Below are positions 42,885 through 52,299 of a DNA stretch of 64,000 nt, piece after piece; positions within the stretch are counted from its first letter, which is position 1, and every line of letters begins with the position of its first letter. A program made the translations under genes and the position numbers. The DNA lies in the NCBI GenBank assembly GCA_963850305.1, contig CAWKKR010000008.1:320001-384000 (forward strand), in the 5' to 3' direction. Under the pieces are notes generated by a model that searched no databases, was not told the origin of the DNA, and saw only the letters and a program-made list of their open reading frames with translations. This DNA comes from an uncultured delta proteobacterium. GTDB lineage: Bacteria > Myxococcota_A > Polyangia > Polyangiales > Polyangiaceae.

Positions 42885-44174
42885 TCAGTCGATCTTCTTC
42901 AAGGCCGCCAGAAACTGTTCGGCTTCGACGAAGTCCGTGTAGCGCGCGGCCTCGATGCCCTTCGAGTCGAAGATGACGACGGTGGGCAGCCCTTTGACAT
43001 CGAACTCCGACATCGCGCTCACGACCGCGGGATCGTCGTCGTTCGTCGCGTCCACCCTCACGGCCTCGAAGCGTCCTGCTTCGAGCTGCACGCGCTGCTC
43101 GGAGAACGTCACCTTGTCGAGCTCCTTGCACGCTCCGCACCATGCCGCGCCGAAATCCACGATGAGCGGGCGCCCGGCGCCGAGCGCCTTCGCGCGGGCG
43201 ACCTTCACGGGAACCTGTTCCCACACGAGCGTCCGCGCAGGCGTCGTCGCGCCGATGATGAAGAGCGCGCCCGCCAGGGACGTGAGCAGGACTCCGACGC
43301 CCTTCCTGGCCTTGTCTGCCGTGCCGCCTTCGAACGACCTGTGGATCGCCCCGAGGGCGATGCCGACAAACGCGACGCCGAGGGTCGCGCCGAGAAATGC
43401 GGGGGTCGGGCGCGCGACCTTTGCGAAGATCCCGAACGCGTTGTTCAAGAAATACAGCGCGACGATGACGAGAATGAGCCCGAGGACGCTCTTCACGTGG
43501 ACCATCCAGCGGCCGCTCTTCGGCAGCTGGACGGCGAACGCCCCGACCACGAAGAACGGCACGCCGAGACCGAGGGCGAACGCGCCCATCGCCGCGGCGC
43601 CGAACGCCGCGCTCTGCGTCTTCGTGATCCACGCGAGAATGCCGGTCAGAAAGGGCCCCGTGCAGGGCGCCGCGATCGGACCGCACGCGAGGCCGAGAGC
43701 GAACGCGCCGAGATAGCCCGTCCCGCCGATCTGGGCGAGCCGGTTCTTCAACGACGCGGGGATGTCGAGCTCGAACGCGCCGAACATGGCCGCGGCCATG
43801 ACGAGGAAAACGACGCTGATACCGGTCACGACCCACCGGCTCTGAAGGACCGCACCGGCCAGACTTCCCGTGAGCCCCGCAACAACGCCGAGCGGCACGA
43901 ACATCGCGATGATCCCACCGACGAACGCGGCCGAGAGCAGGGCCCCCTCGACGCGGCTCGACGTCTGGCGGGCGCCGAACACGCTCACCGTGATCGCGAT
44001 CATCGGGTAGACGCAGGGCGTGAGACTGACGAGGAGCCCGCTCGCGAACGCGGCGAGCCCGGCGTAAAGCGGGCCCTTCGCGAGCGCTTCTGCAAACGGG
44101 TTCGACGGCGCCGCGTGCGCCGTGCCTGCGAGCAGCAGCGCCACCGCGACGGTCGTCAAGGAACTCCGAGTCAT
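42885..44174 (-). CDS. dsbD: DsbD/CcdA-type protein-disulfide reductase (TM domain + thioredoxin)
   Basis: SLTPCVYPMI, AAPCTGP, LPKSGRWM, DFGAAWCGAC, GLPT. Confidence 0.93.
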   Translation of the reverse strand: MTRSSLTTVAVALLLAGTAHAAPSNPFAEALAKGPLYAGLAAFASGLLVSLTPCVYPMIAITVSVFGARQTSSRVEGALLSAAFVGGIIAMFVPLGVVAGLTGSLAGAVLQSRWVVTGISVVFLVMAAAMFGAFELDIPASLKNRLAQIGGTGYLGAFALGLACGPIAAPCTGPFLTGILAWITKTQSAAFGAAAMGAFALGLGVPFFVVGAFAVQLPKSGRWMVHVKSVLGLILVIVALYFLNNAFGIFAKVARPTPAFLGATLGVAFVGIALGAIHRSFEGGTADKARKGVGVLLTSLAGALFIIGATTPARTLVWEQVPVKVARAKALGAGRPLIVDFGAAWCGACKELDKVTFSEQRVQLEAGRFEAVRVDATNDDDPAVVSAMSEFDVKGLPTVVIFDSKGIEAARYTDFVEAEQFLAALKKID

Positions 44175-44207
44175 TGCCGGGCAGTATACGGCTGGAGGCT
44201 CCGTCCG

Positions 44208-44948
44208 CTACTTCTCCTTCATCAACCGGAGCATGCGCTTCGCGGAAGCGATTTCCGCCTGAAGACCCACGGCCAGCGCAACGCGGCCCGACGTCGTACG
44301 GTGGACGAAGCCCGTCAAGTATCGCCTCGCGGTAGGATGGTCGCCGTCGTGAAAGGCGAGCTCGCCGAGCACGAATTGACCGTAACCCTGGCCACACGCG
44401 GCGTCCTCCAGGGCCACGCGAAGTTCGGACAGATCTCCGGATTCCTCGCCCGCGGCGCGACGCGCGAGCGCGAGCTGCGCCAGATAGAGGGGCTTTGCGG
44501 TCGTGCCCCATCGGGCGGCGCGGGCCAGGGCTCCTGCCGCTTCACGGGGCCGCTCGAGCAAGTAGAGCGTCGTGCCGAGCGTCCATAAGTGGAACGCGCG
44601 CCGCGACGCCGGCGCGACCCGGCTCGCTATGCGAAGGTGCTCGATCGCCTGCTCCATTTCGGAAAGACCGAGACACGCCCGCGCCGCGTCCTGCCTCGCG
44701 ACGTCGGGCATGACCGCGGTTTCGACCATCTGCTCGGCCACGGCCAGCGCGTCCGCGAACCGTCGCCCTTCCATGTGCGCCAGGTAGAGCTGGCGCAACA
44801 GCATGGCCTGCGTGGTTCGGTCGGCTCCCGGTTGCGAGAGCCCGCGGGTCGCGTATTTGGCGCGAAGTCCCGCGGATCGTGCCAGTGTCGCCTTGCGGAG
44901 GAGTCCTACGGCGTTCGAAGCGGCTTCCACGGCCCGGATCTTCGGCAC
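44208..44948 (-). CDS. TPR-like hypothetical protein
   Basis: Helical repeats (ARACLGL..AIEHLR, LGTTLYL, VLGELAF). Start set at GTG 44948. Confidence 0.7.
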   Translation of the reverse strand: MPKIRAVEAASNAVGLLRKATLARSAGLRAKYATRGLSQPGADRTTQAMLLRQLYLAHMEGRRFADALAVAEQMVETAVMPDVARQDAARACLGLSEMEQAIEHLRIASRVAPASRRAFHLWTLGTTLYLLERPREAAGALARAARWGTTAKPLYLAQLALARRAAGEESGDLSELRVALEDAACGQGYGQFVLGELAFHDGDHPTARRYLTGFVHRTTSGRVALAVGLQAEIASAKRMLRLMKEK

Positions 44949-45118
44949 ACGTTCGAGAGTAGCAGCCGCTGTACACACGTCCAGTTTTCGGCGAAAGGTG
45001 GAACCCGGCGCGCGCGGGGCACCACGCGCGGAAGCCAGAGTGATCGGTCGTCTGCCGCGGTGCACCATCCGACAAGGATCGGTTGCGGTCCGGCGCCCTC
45101 GAACGTAACTCGAGCGTC

Positions 45119-45427
45119 GTGCGCAAGGTGGTCCAGCTAGCCCGAGCCGCAGCGGCCCTCGTGGCCCTCTTCACGTGTGTGGCGTGCGGGAAACCCGCGA
45201 CGCAAGCGGAATGCGACGAGATCGTTGGACGGATCGCGGAGCTCGAGCTCCGCGAATCCTCGAGCGCGAGCTCGGCCGAACTCGCGAAGCAAGTCGCGGA
45301 AACGAAGCTGGCTTTCGAGTCCAAGACGAAGCGCGAGTGCGTCGGAAAGCGGATCACGAAGCGCGCGCTCGGCTGCGTCCGGAACGCGAAGACGGCGGAG
45401 GAGATCGTTCACGAGTGCCTGAACTGA
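45119..45427 (+). CDS. Small Cys-patterned lipoprotein
   Basis: FTCVAC lipobox; EC...ECVG..GC..EC. Confidence 0.75.
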   Translation: MRKVVQLARAAAALVALFTCVACGKPATQAECDEIVGRIAELELRESSSASSAELAKQVAETKLAFESKTKRECVGKRITKRALGCVRNAKTAEEIVHECLN

Positions 45428-45732
45428 GCCGAGCCGTCGCAGTCGCGACCGCCAGCCTCGCTCTGCTCGCGCCGATCGCCTGTACGCGTCCGCTCGACGA
45501 AGGCGAGTGCCGAAAGTTGCTCGACCGCTACACGAAGTTCCTCGCCGAGGAGGAGAACCCCGCGCTCGTCCCGGCGGAGATCCAGAGAAAGCAGGCCGAG
45601 GCGCTCGCGCTGGCTCGGCGCGACCCGAGATTTCATTTTTCCGCGTGCGCGAAGCACGTGTCGCGCTCGAGCTACGAGTGCGCCATGAACGCATCCGGAG
45701 TCGACGCGATGGAACGCTGTCTGGTCTTCTGA
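45415..45732 (+). CDS. Small Cys-patterned lipoprotein (probable paralog of the upstream gene)
   Basis: LAPIAC lipobox; similar Cys spacing (EC...AC..EC..RC). Confidence 0.7.
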   Translation: MPELSRAVAVATASLALLAPIACTRPLDEGECRKLLDRYTKFLAEEENPALVPAEIQRKQAEALALARRDPRFHFSACAKHVSRSSYECAMNASGVDAMERCLVF

Positions 45733-45738
45733 GGAGCC

Positions 45739-46125
45739 ATGGAGCGCCTTCTCCTGATGATGAGCGGCGTCAGCGGCGCGCTCGGCGTGCTCCTCGGCGC
45801 GTTCGGCGCGCACGGTCTCAAGACCTTTCTCGCGGGCCTGGAGGACGGCGCAGAGCGGCGCGGCTTCTGGGAGACCGCCGCGCACTACCACCTGATCCAC
45901 GCGCTCGCGATTGGGCTCGCCGCGTACCTCGCCGGGAAGAACGGCGGCGGCGCCGCCACCGCGTCCGGGTTCTGCTTCCTCGCGGGGATCGTCTTGTTCA
46001 GCGGGAGCCTCTACGCGATGACGCTCACCGACATCCGCGCGCTGGGGGCCATCACGCCCATCGGCGGCGTCCTCTTCGTGGCAGGCTGGACCCTGCTCGC
46101 GATCGCGGCATACCGGCTGCCATGA
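45739..46125 (+). CDS. DUF423 membrane protein
   Basis: LGAFGAHGL, HYHLIHAL, LFSGSLY, GAITPIGG. Confidence 0.95.
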   Translation: MERLLLMMSGVSGALGVLLGAFGAHGLKTFLAGLEDGAERRGFWETAAHYHLIHALAIGLAAYLAGKNGGGAATASGFCFLAGIVLFSGSLYAMTLTDIRALGAITPIGGVLFVAGWTLLAIAAYRLP

Positions 46126-46925
46126 ACCCGGCGCAGGCGACGCTGTCGGTGACGCCCATCGGCGTTCTCCGGACCCCGTTTCCCGATCGCGCAAGCACGC
46201 CACGACAACCCACCGCCGCGCGGGGGACTCGGGGCAGGATCGAGCTGTTCGCCGATGGGCGTTTCGAGCACGCGCTGGAGGACCTCGACTCGTTCGGACA
46301 CATCTGGATCCTGTTCTGGTTTCATCTGAACGAGACCTGGCACTCGAAGGTCCTTCCGCCGCGGAGCACGCGGCGCCGGGGCGTGTTCGCCACGCGCTCG
46401 CCGTACCGACCGAACCCGATCGGTCTCAGCGTACTCCGTCTCGAGCGCGTGGAAGGCCTCGTGCTTCACGTCCTCGACGTGGATGCTATCGATCACACGC
46501 CCGTCCTCGATATCAAGCCGTATCTCCCGTACGCGGACGCCGTCCCCGAGGCCACTCACGGCTGGCTCGAAGCCCCGCTCGACGCCGGGCGCGCGACCGA
46601 TCCCGGCCGGGTGCACGCAGTTCATTTCTCGGAGGACGCGACCAGGCAGCTTGCCTTCTTGCGCGACAGATTCGAGATCGATCTGAGAGACCGCATCACT
46701 GCGGCTCTCGCGCTCGGCCCCTCCCCTCACCCTTATCGCCGCATCCGGAAGAGCGGCGACGGCTTCCGGCTCGCGGTGAAGGAGTGGCGTGTCGCGTTTC
46801 GACTGGAAGCTTCGACGGTGATCGTCGAACGCGTGCTTTCCGGCTATCGCCCGAGCGTGCTCTTTTCGTCCGACGCACCGGAGCTCGCGGCACACCGGGA
46901 GTACGTCGCGTCGTTCGGGGCTTGA
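46122..46925 (+). CDS. trmO: tRNA t6A37 N6-methyltransferase TrmO/TsaA
   Basis: PIGVLRTPF...PRQP, HIWILFWFH, GVFATRSPYRPNPIGLS, TPVLDIKPY. Confidence 0.93.
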   Translation: MNPAQATLSVTPIGVLRTPFPDRASTPRQPTAARGTRGRIELFADGRFEHALEDLDSFGHIWILFWFHLNETWHSKVLPPRSTRRRGVFATRSPYRPNPIGLSVLRLERVEGLVLHVLDVDAIDHTPVLDIKPYLPYADAVPEATHGWLEAPLDAGRATDPGRVHAVHFSEDATRQLAFLRDRFEIDLRDRITAALALGPSPHPYRRIRKSGDGFRLAVKEWRVAFRLEASTVIVERVLSGYRPSVLFSSDAPELAAHREYVASFGA

Positions 46926-46936
46926 GTCCCGCAGGT

Positions 46937-47918
46937 TCAAGCGCGCAGGCGATGCGTCGGTGCTTCCGGCTCGCTCTCGAGGAGACGGGCAAACGTCAAC
47001 AGCTCCGCCGCACAGGTCGCCAGCTCCGGACGATCGCTGGGGTCGGACGCCGTCAATGCTCGAATCAACCGTCGAAGCCCGGCCGGCAGATCGCCGAGCG
47101 CGCGCTGGAGCTCGAGCTCGGGCGCCCTCCGAACGAGCGCATGTTCCGTCGGCGTATAGCCCATGACGAACTCGTACAGAATGCAGCCCACTGCGTAGGC
47201 GTCCACCCGGTGATCGAAGTCTGACCCTACCCGACACTCCGGCGCCATGTACGTCCAGGTTCCGAAGGTGGAAAAGTCACCCTCTCCGTCGGCCAGACCC
47301 TGATCGAGCGGCTTCGCCGCGCCGAAGTCCAGAAGCACAACGCGTCCGTCATCGCAGACGAAGACGTTCTCTGGCTTCACGTCGGCATGCACGAAGCCCT
47401 GAGCGTGCAGATAACCGAGCGGTAAGCACAGCCGTTCGATGACGTGCAGCGCGGCCGCGAGGGCATCGACGCGGACCGCCGAACGCGTTTCGTCGGCGTT
47501 TCTGCGGCGTGCGTGGACGCTCGATTCGACGGGCTCCGCATCGACCCAACGGGTCTCCATGAAGTGGCGGAGCGAAGCGCCCTCGAGAAGCTCCATCGCA
47601 TACCAGGGGCTGTCGTCGGCGACGGAATGTTCATAGAGACGCACGACTCCTCCGTGACGAAGCCGGCCGAGCAGCATCACCTCCCGGGCGATCGTTTCGC
47701 GGAAGGTCGAGCTCTGGTCCCGCTCGATTCTTGACTGCACACCGAGCTCCGGTCCGGGTATCCGTGGCGACGTGAACGGCTCCAACACCGCCCGAGCCGA
47801 TTCGCTCTCCCACCCGGTAAGGGCCGAGATTCCTGCGGAAAGGCGCACCGGATCGGTCCTCGAAGATCGGGGGCTCGTCAGCCGTTCGTTCCGTCCTGGC
47901 GCCGTGCATCGCCCCCAT
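46937..47918 (-). CDS. Soluble Ser/Thr protein kinase (non-RD), apparent frameshift at ~47728
   Basis: IGSGGVGAVH...CAVK (ORF 47631) joins IERDQ...HADVKPEN, DFG, GTWTYMAPE (ORF 46937) once one base is removed from GATTC 47726-47730. Confidence 0.85.
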
Positions 47919-48129
47919 CTTCGGGGTTTCCGCGACCCGGATCACCGCAAGTCTCCTTGCAGTACCCAAGCGCAGCCGGGCGGCCCGGCGTCGAGTCAGC
48001 GAATGATACGAAGAACCTTTGCCAAATTCGGCGTGCTCCGGTTCCAAAGAAAATATGCGCGCGGGCAATTGGATGGATGGGCCGATCGAGCCGTGATAAA
48101 CGTCGCGCTGAGGCGGACGGAGGCCAGGG

Positions 48130-48681
48130 ATGCGTGTACTCGTCGTTGAAGATGATGACCTCCTGCGCCGGTCGATAGGGAAGGCCGTTCGTTCCTGGGG
48201 CGCGGAGGTCTTCGAAGCTGCAACCGTCCGGGACGGCGTGGCGTTGCTCGAGCGCCATCCGGATCTTCTCGTCATGGACGTGCGGCTCGGCGATGGGACC
48301 GGACTCGACGTGGCCCGAGCTGCCGCGCGCACGCGACCCATTCCGTTGATGATCGCGATCAGCGGACAGGCGTTGCCCGAGGAAGCCTTCCAGCTCGCGC
48401 AGCTCGGCGTGCGCGGCTATCTGCCGAAACCACTCTCGCTCGACGACCTGCATGCGACGGTGACCGCCATCGCGCACCAACCGGTCGAACTGGCGGCGCA
48501 TGCCGCCGGGCAAGTCGGTCAGGAACCGTTCCAGGACGTGCAAGCCAATCTCCGGCGCACGATGGTGGAGCAGGCGCTGGCCCTCTCCGCCGGCAGTCGG
48601 ACCGGCGCCGCGCGCCTCCTCGGCGTCACGAGGCAGGCCGTCCAGCAGATGATCCGGGATTTATCGCTCGAGAAGTCGTGA
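48130..48681 (+). CDS. RegA/PrrA-like response regulator (REC + Fis-type HTH)
   Basis: VLVVEDD, VMDVRL, ISG, YLPKP; EQALALSAGSRTGAARLLGVTRQAV. Confidence 0.92.
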   Translation: MRVLVVEDDDLLRRSIGKAVRSWGAEVFEAATVRDGVALLERHPDLLVMDVRLGDGTGLDVARAAARTRPIPLMIAISGQALPEEAFQLAQLGVRGYLPKPLSLDDLHATVTAIAHQPVELAAHAAGQVGQEPFQDVQANLRRTMVEQALALSAGSRTGAARLLGVTRQAVQQMIRDLSLEKS

Positions 48682-48715
48682 CAACTCAAATGAAAGTCAG
48701 CGGAGGGAAGTTTCT

Positions 48716-50132
48716 ATGCTCAAAGGCACCAAAGACCGTGGACCAACAGCCGCCAGGCGCTCGGCCCCGAAGCACAGTCGCTCGGCGAAAGCGAATGGCG
48801 CCGCCGCGGCGGCCGGCGCGAGAGCGAAGGTCCTGCAGGACGCGCTGACGCACGGCCCCGGACGCTACTGCGCGGTCGCGTTCTACGATCTCCCGGACTC
48901 TTCACCGGGCGCCCGGCGTGCCCTGTGGGAGGCACTCGCCGCGTTGATGGAGAACGCCGGCAAGGACGCGCCGCCCAATCGATACATCCTCGTGGGGGCC
49001 TCGGCGTCCGCGCTGGAGGGACATCCCGTGTACCGGAACGTGGCGGCAGGCGTAGATGCCTTCCGCGAGCGAATCGCGGCGTTCCCGCGTCTCATCATCC
49101 ATCAGCACGACGTCATGGTTCAAGTCGCGGCCGAGGCCGAGGAAGATCGAGTGAACGGCCTCCGGCTCGCGCACGACTACCTCGCTGGCCTCGCGGAGCT
49201 CGCGTGCGAGACGTTCGGGGGCCGGCTCTCGAACGATCGGGAAGCATTCGGGTACGTGGATGGGGTCGTCGCGAAGCCGATGAGAGCCAACTCCCGCTCG
49301 AAGGCCCCTGCCACGGCAGTCGACAGCTCCGCTGGCGCGCGCGAGCTGCTCGGGACGAAACCCGACGGCGGCGCATGGGTCCTTCATCAGCGCTTTCAGC
49401 AGGACGTCACCGCGTTCTCGCACCTCGAATCGGATCGGAAAAACGACGTGTTCGGCATCAAACCGAACGGGGACAAGATCCCCGAGCCGCCACCCAACGC
49501 GCACGTGACGCTCGCGCGGAAACTGAAGCCGGCGATGACCCGCCGAGGTTTCCCGTACCGTCGCGACGGCATCGAAGGGCTCGCGTTCGTGGCAGCCGCC
49601 GCGGACCCGACGGTGTTCGGCGACACGCTCGCGCAGATGTTCTCGCACAAGGATCGGCTGCTCCCGTTCGTTCGCGCCATCGAGGACACCGGGCTCTACT
49701 TCGCGCCGGCGGCGGCGACGCCACTGTCCGTCGCGAAGCCCGCACAACGACTCCCGGCGCTCGCGGTCACGTCGGACGATCCGGTCGTCGGGCGCACCGC
49801 TCCGCTCGTTCTCTATTCCGTCGCCGCCACGATCGCGACGTACGTCGATACCATCAAGGAGAATGGCTTCATCGACGACCTGCACGTGCTCGGCGAAGCC
49901 AAGATCGCCAGGAGGGTGCAGCCACTCGTGGAGCTCCTCCACCAAGTGTTGTCCGGCGGAAGGATTCGAGCGCTGCGATTGCAATGGGAAGCCCGGGGTC
50001 AGGTTGGTCAGCCCTGGACGCCCGGATGCCACGGTGACCGCTTCTCAGCTCGACGGGCTTCTGGATCGAGGCATGCAGGAAGCGAATGCAATCAACCTGC
50101 AGTCGGACGCGTACATCACGCTGGGCGGCTGA
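48716..50132 (+). CDS. Dyp-type peroxidase with a long C-terminal extension, apparent frameshift at ~49965
   Basis: REAFGYVDGV (GxxDG), NAHV (proximal His), MTRRGFPY (distal Arg), GLAFVA. Removing one T from GATTC 49963-49967 gives an end of ...ANAINLQSDAYITLGG* whose TGA overlaps the next ATG. Confidence 0.85.
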
Positions 50133-51551
50133 TGTCCGCGAGCTTCACGGCCTGGCTCCTCGCTCTCGACCCGGACAAGCGACGAGCGACGAGTAGCCCA
50201 GCCTCGTGGATTGGGATCTTCCTGTCAGGCACGGTGGTCATGGCCATCGCGGGCCTGGTCCCCGTTTCGCGCGACTATTTCGGGCTTCGCTTCTGGCCGG
50301 CGTTCTGCATGTTCGTGCCGCCCATCGTCGTCGGCGCAGTGGGCGGTGACCTCGAGGCGAAGGGCCGGCTCGGACTTCGAGCCTATGGAACGACGCTCTT
50401 CGTGAACTCGGTCCTGTTTCAGCTCTACATGGGGTCGCTCGTGGCGTTCTCGCGCGCGCCGGGCGCCGCGCTGATGGGAGCGTTTCCCGTGCTGCTCGCT
50501 TGCTATCACGGGCATCTACTCCACTCGAGCCCCCGGCATCCGTACGGGACGGTCGCGACCACCCTGGCGCTCGCCGGCAATCTCGCTCTGAACCACGATC
50601 GCGAGCACCTCGTGCTGATGGCTTTGATTGCGCCCGCGTCCATCCTGGGAAGTCTGGTGCTCGGACAGTTCTCGGTTGCGAGCCGCCGCGAACGGGATGA
50701 GCGCATCGCGCTGCGACAGGCCGTCGACGCGCAGATACTGAGCGACCGCACCCGGGAGGTGGAGCGCGTCGCCGGCTCCGTGCTCCGACTTCGTGCGCAC
50801 AGCCACGACGCCGGAAATACGCTCTCGAGCACGCTCATCAATGCTCAGCTCCTGGTGGCCGCCCTCGAGAAGCACCAGCTCGAAGACGGCGATCGCGCGG
50901 AGGCGCTCGCATTGACCCGGGATTCTCTGGGAAGGGTTGAAGGTGATGAAGGCGCTCCTCGAGACCGCCCGCGAGGTCGGAATCGAGGAACAACTGTCGT
51001 TCGAGACCGTCGACCTCGAGCGCGTTCTGCGTCGCGTGGTCGCACAGATCAATGCCCGCTACACCCAGTCGACGTTCTCGATTCACTTCGAGGGCGGGCT
51101 CTCGGCCTGTCGTGTGTCGGTGTCGGGCGGCGAGACGTCCCTCGATCGCATGCTCGGCAATCTCGTGCTCAACGCCGCTCAAGGGAACGGGGCGGAGACG
51201 GCGAGTCACGTCGACGTCGCCGTCTCGTCCGGCAAGGCTCCCGGACAGGTGTGTATCCTCGTGGGAGACGACGGCCCGGGGTTCAGCCAAGCTCAGCTGG
51301 ACGCGCAGCTATCCGGGTTCACGACGACGAAGGTCGGTGGAACGGGGCTCGGTCTATACACGACCGACCGATTGGCGCGCGCCAGCCGTGGCTCCATCGC
51401 GCGGGCCAACCGTGGCACCGGGGGAGCGATCGTCGCGCTCGATTTGAACCTCGCAAGAACGGCGGCGGCAGAGGATGCCGGGCCAGCCTACGTCCCGCGC
51501 GGTCCGAACGGCGAACGCCGTGCCGCGTCGCCGGCGTCCGCGCGGTCATGA
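50132..51551 (+). CDS. Membrane sensor histidine kinase (about 6 TM), apparent frameshift at ~50923
   Basis: Hydrophobic N-terminal half; H-box HSHDAGNTL; N-box NLVLNAAQ; DDGPGF; TTKVGGTGLGL. Removing one T from GATTC 50921-50925 joins the two halves. Confidence 0.9.
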
Positions 51552-52279
51552 AGCCCGAAGAGCAGATCGCGGCGCGCGCCCTCGAGCTCGCGGGCCACTC
51601 CCGACTCGGAGCGGAAGTCACACGCGATCTTGCGGCGTCCTTTCGCGGCGCGGATCCCCAGTTCTGTCGCTTCCTGTGGACCGCGGGGCTCGACGCAGGC
51701 CTCGACCCCGACGAGCTGCTTGCCCGATGCTCGACGATTTTCTTTCAGTACGTCGCGGTTCAGGTCTCGGACGATCTTTCGGACGGCGACTGCACCTATC
51801 TGACCGAACCCGGCAAGGTAGGTCCGGTGGTGCTGTTGCTCCTGCAGCACCTCTTCTATCACGGAGCGCTGATGTCCCGCATCCCACGCGACACGCTCGC
51901 AGGAGTCGCGAGGCGCTTTCTCCGGGTCGGCGCCGCTCAGCGGATAGAGTTACGAACGAGAGAATGGGGTCTCGCGAACGCACGCAACGCTGCGGCGGGG
52001 CTCAACGCCGCGCAATTCAGCGCGTACCTGGAGCTCCTCTGGTGGGGAACTCCGCTTGCGGCCCGCGCGGAGAGCGTCGGCAAACATCTCGGCATCGCCG
52101 TCCACGTCGCGAGCGACGCGCGTTCGAGAGACCGACGCTTCACCTCGCTGAGCACGCGAGATCGAAAAACCCTTCTCCGCTGGGCCGCCGCATCCGCAAA
52201 GGTGCTCCGGGCGGAGCATCTCCAGTCACTCGATCGAGTGTTGCCCACCGTTCTTTCGTCGCTGAACGACGGAGCGTGA
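51548..52279 (+). CDS. Isoprenyl-diphosphate-synthase-fold protein, ComQ-like prenyltransferase candidate
   Basis: AVQVSDDLSDGD (DDxxD), GAAQRIEL (GQxxD/E-like), GKHLGIAVHVASD (degenerate second motif); ~243 aa, helical-looking; ATGA overlap with the kinase gene. Confidence 0.7.
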   Translation: MKPEEQIAARALELAGHSRLGAEVTRDLAASFRGADPQFCRFLWTAGLDAGLDPDELLARCSTIFFQYVAVQVSDDLSDGDCTYLTEPGKVGPVVLLLLQHLFYHGALMSRIPRDTLAGVARRFLRVGAAQRIELRTREWGLANARNAAAGLNAAQFSAYLELLWWGTPLAARAESVGKHLGIAVHVASDARSRDRRFTSLSTRDRKTLLRWAAASAKVLRAEHLQSLDRVLPTVLSSLNDGA

Positions 52280-52299
52280 CGCGGACGCGTTTTTTTGCC

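Noticed and set aside
48716..52279. Single 1187-aa DyP-kinase-synthase fusion protein, as in the ORF track
   Set aside because: It contains out-of-frame junk segments. Two single-base corrections give three normal genes with stop/start overlaps.
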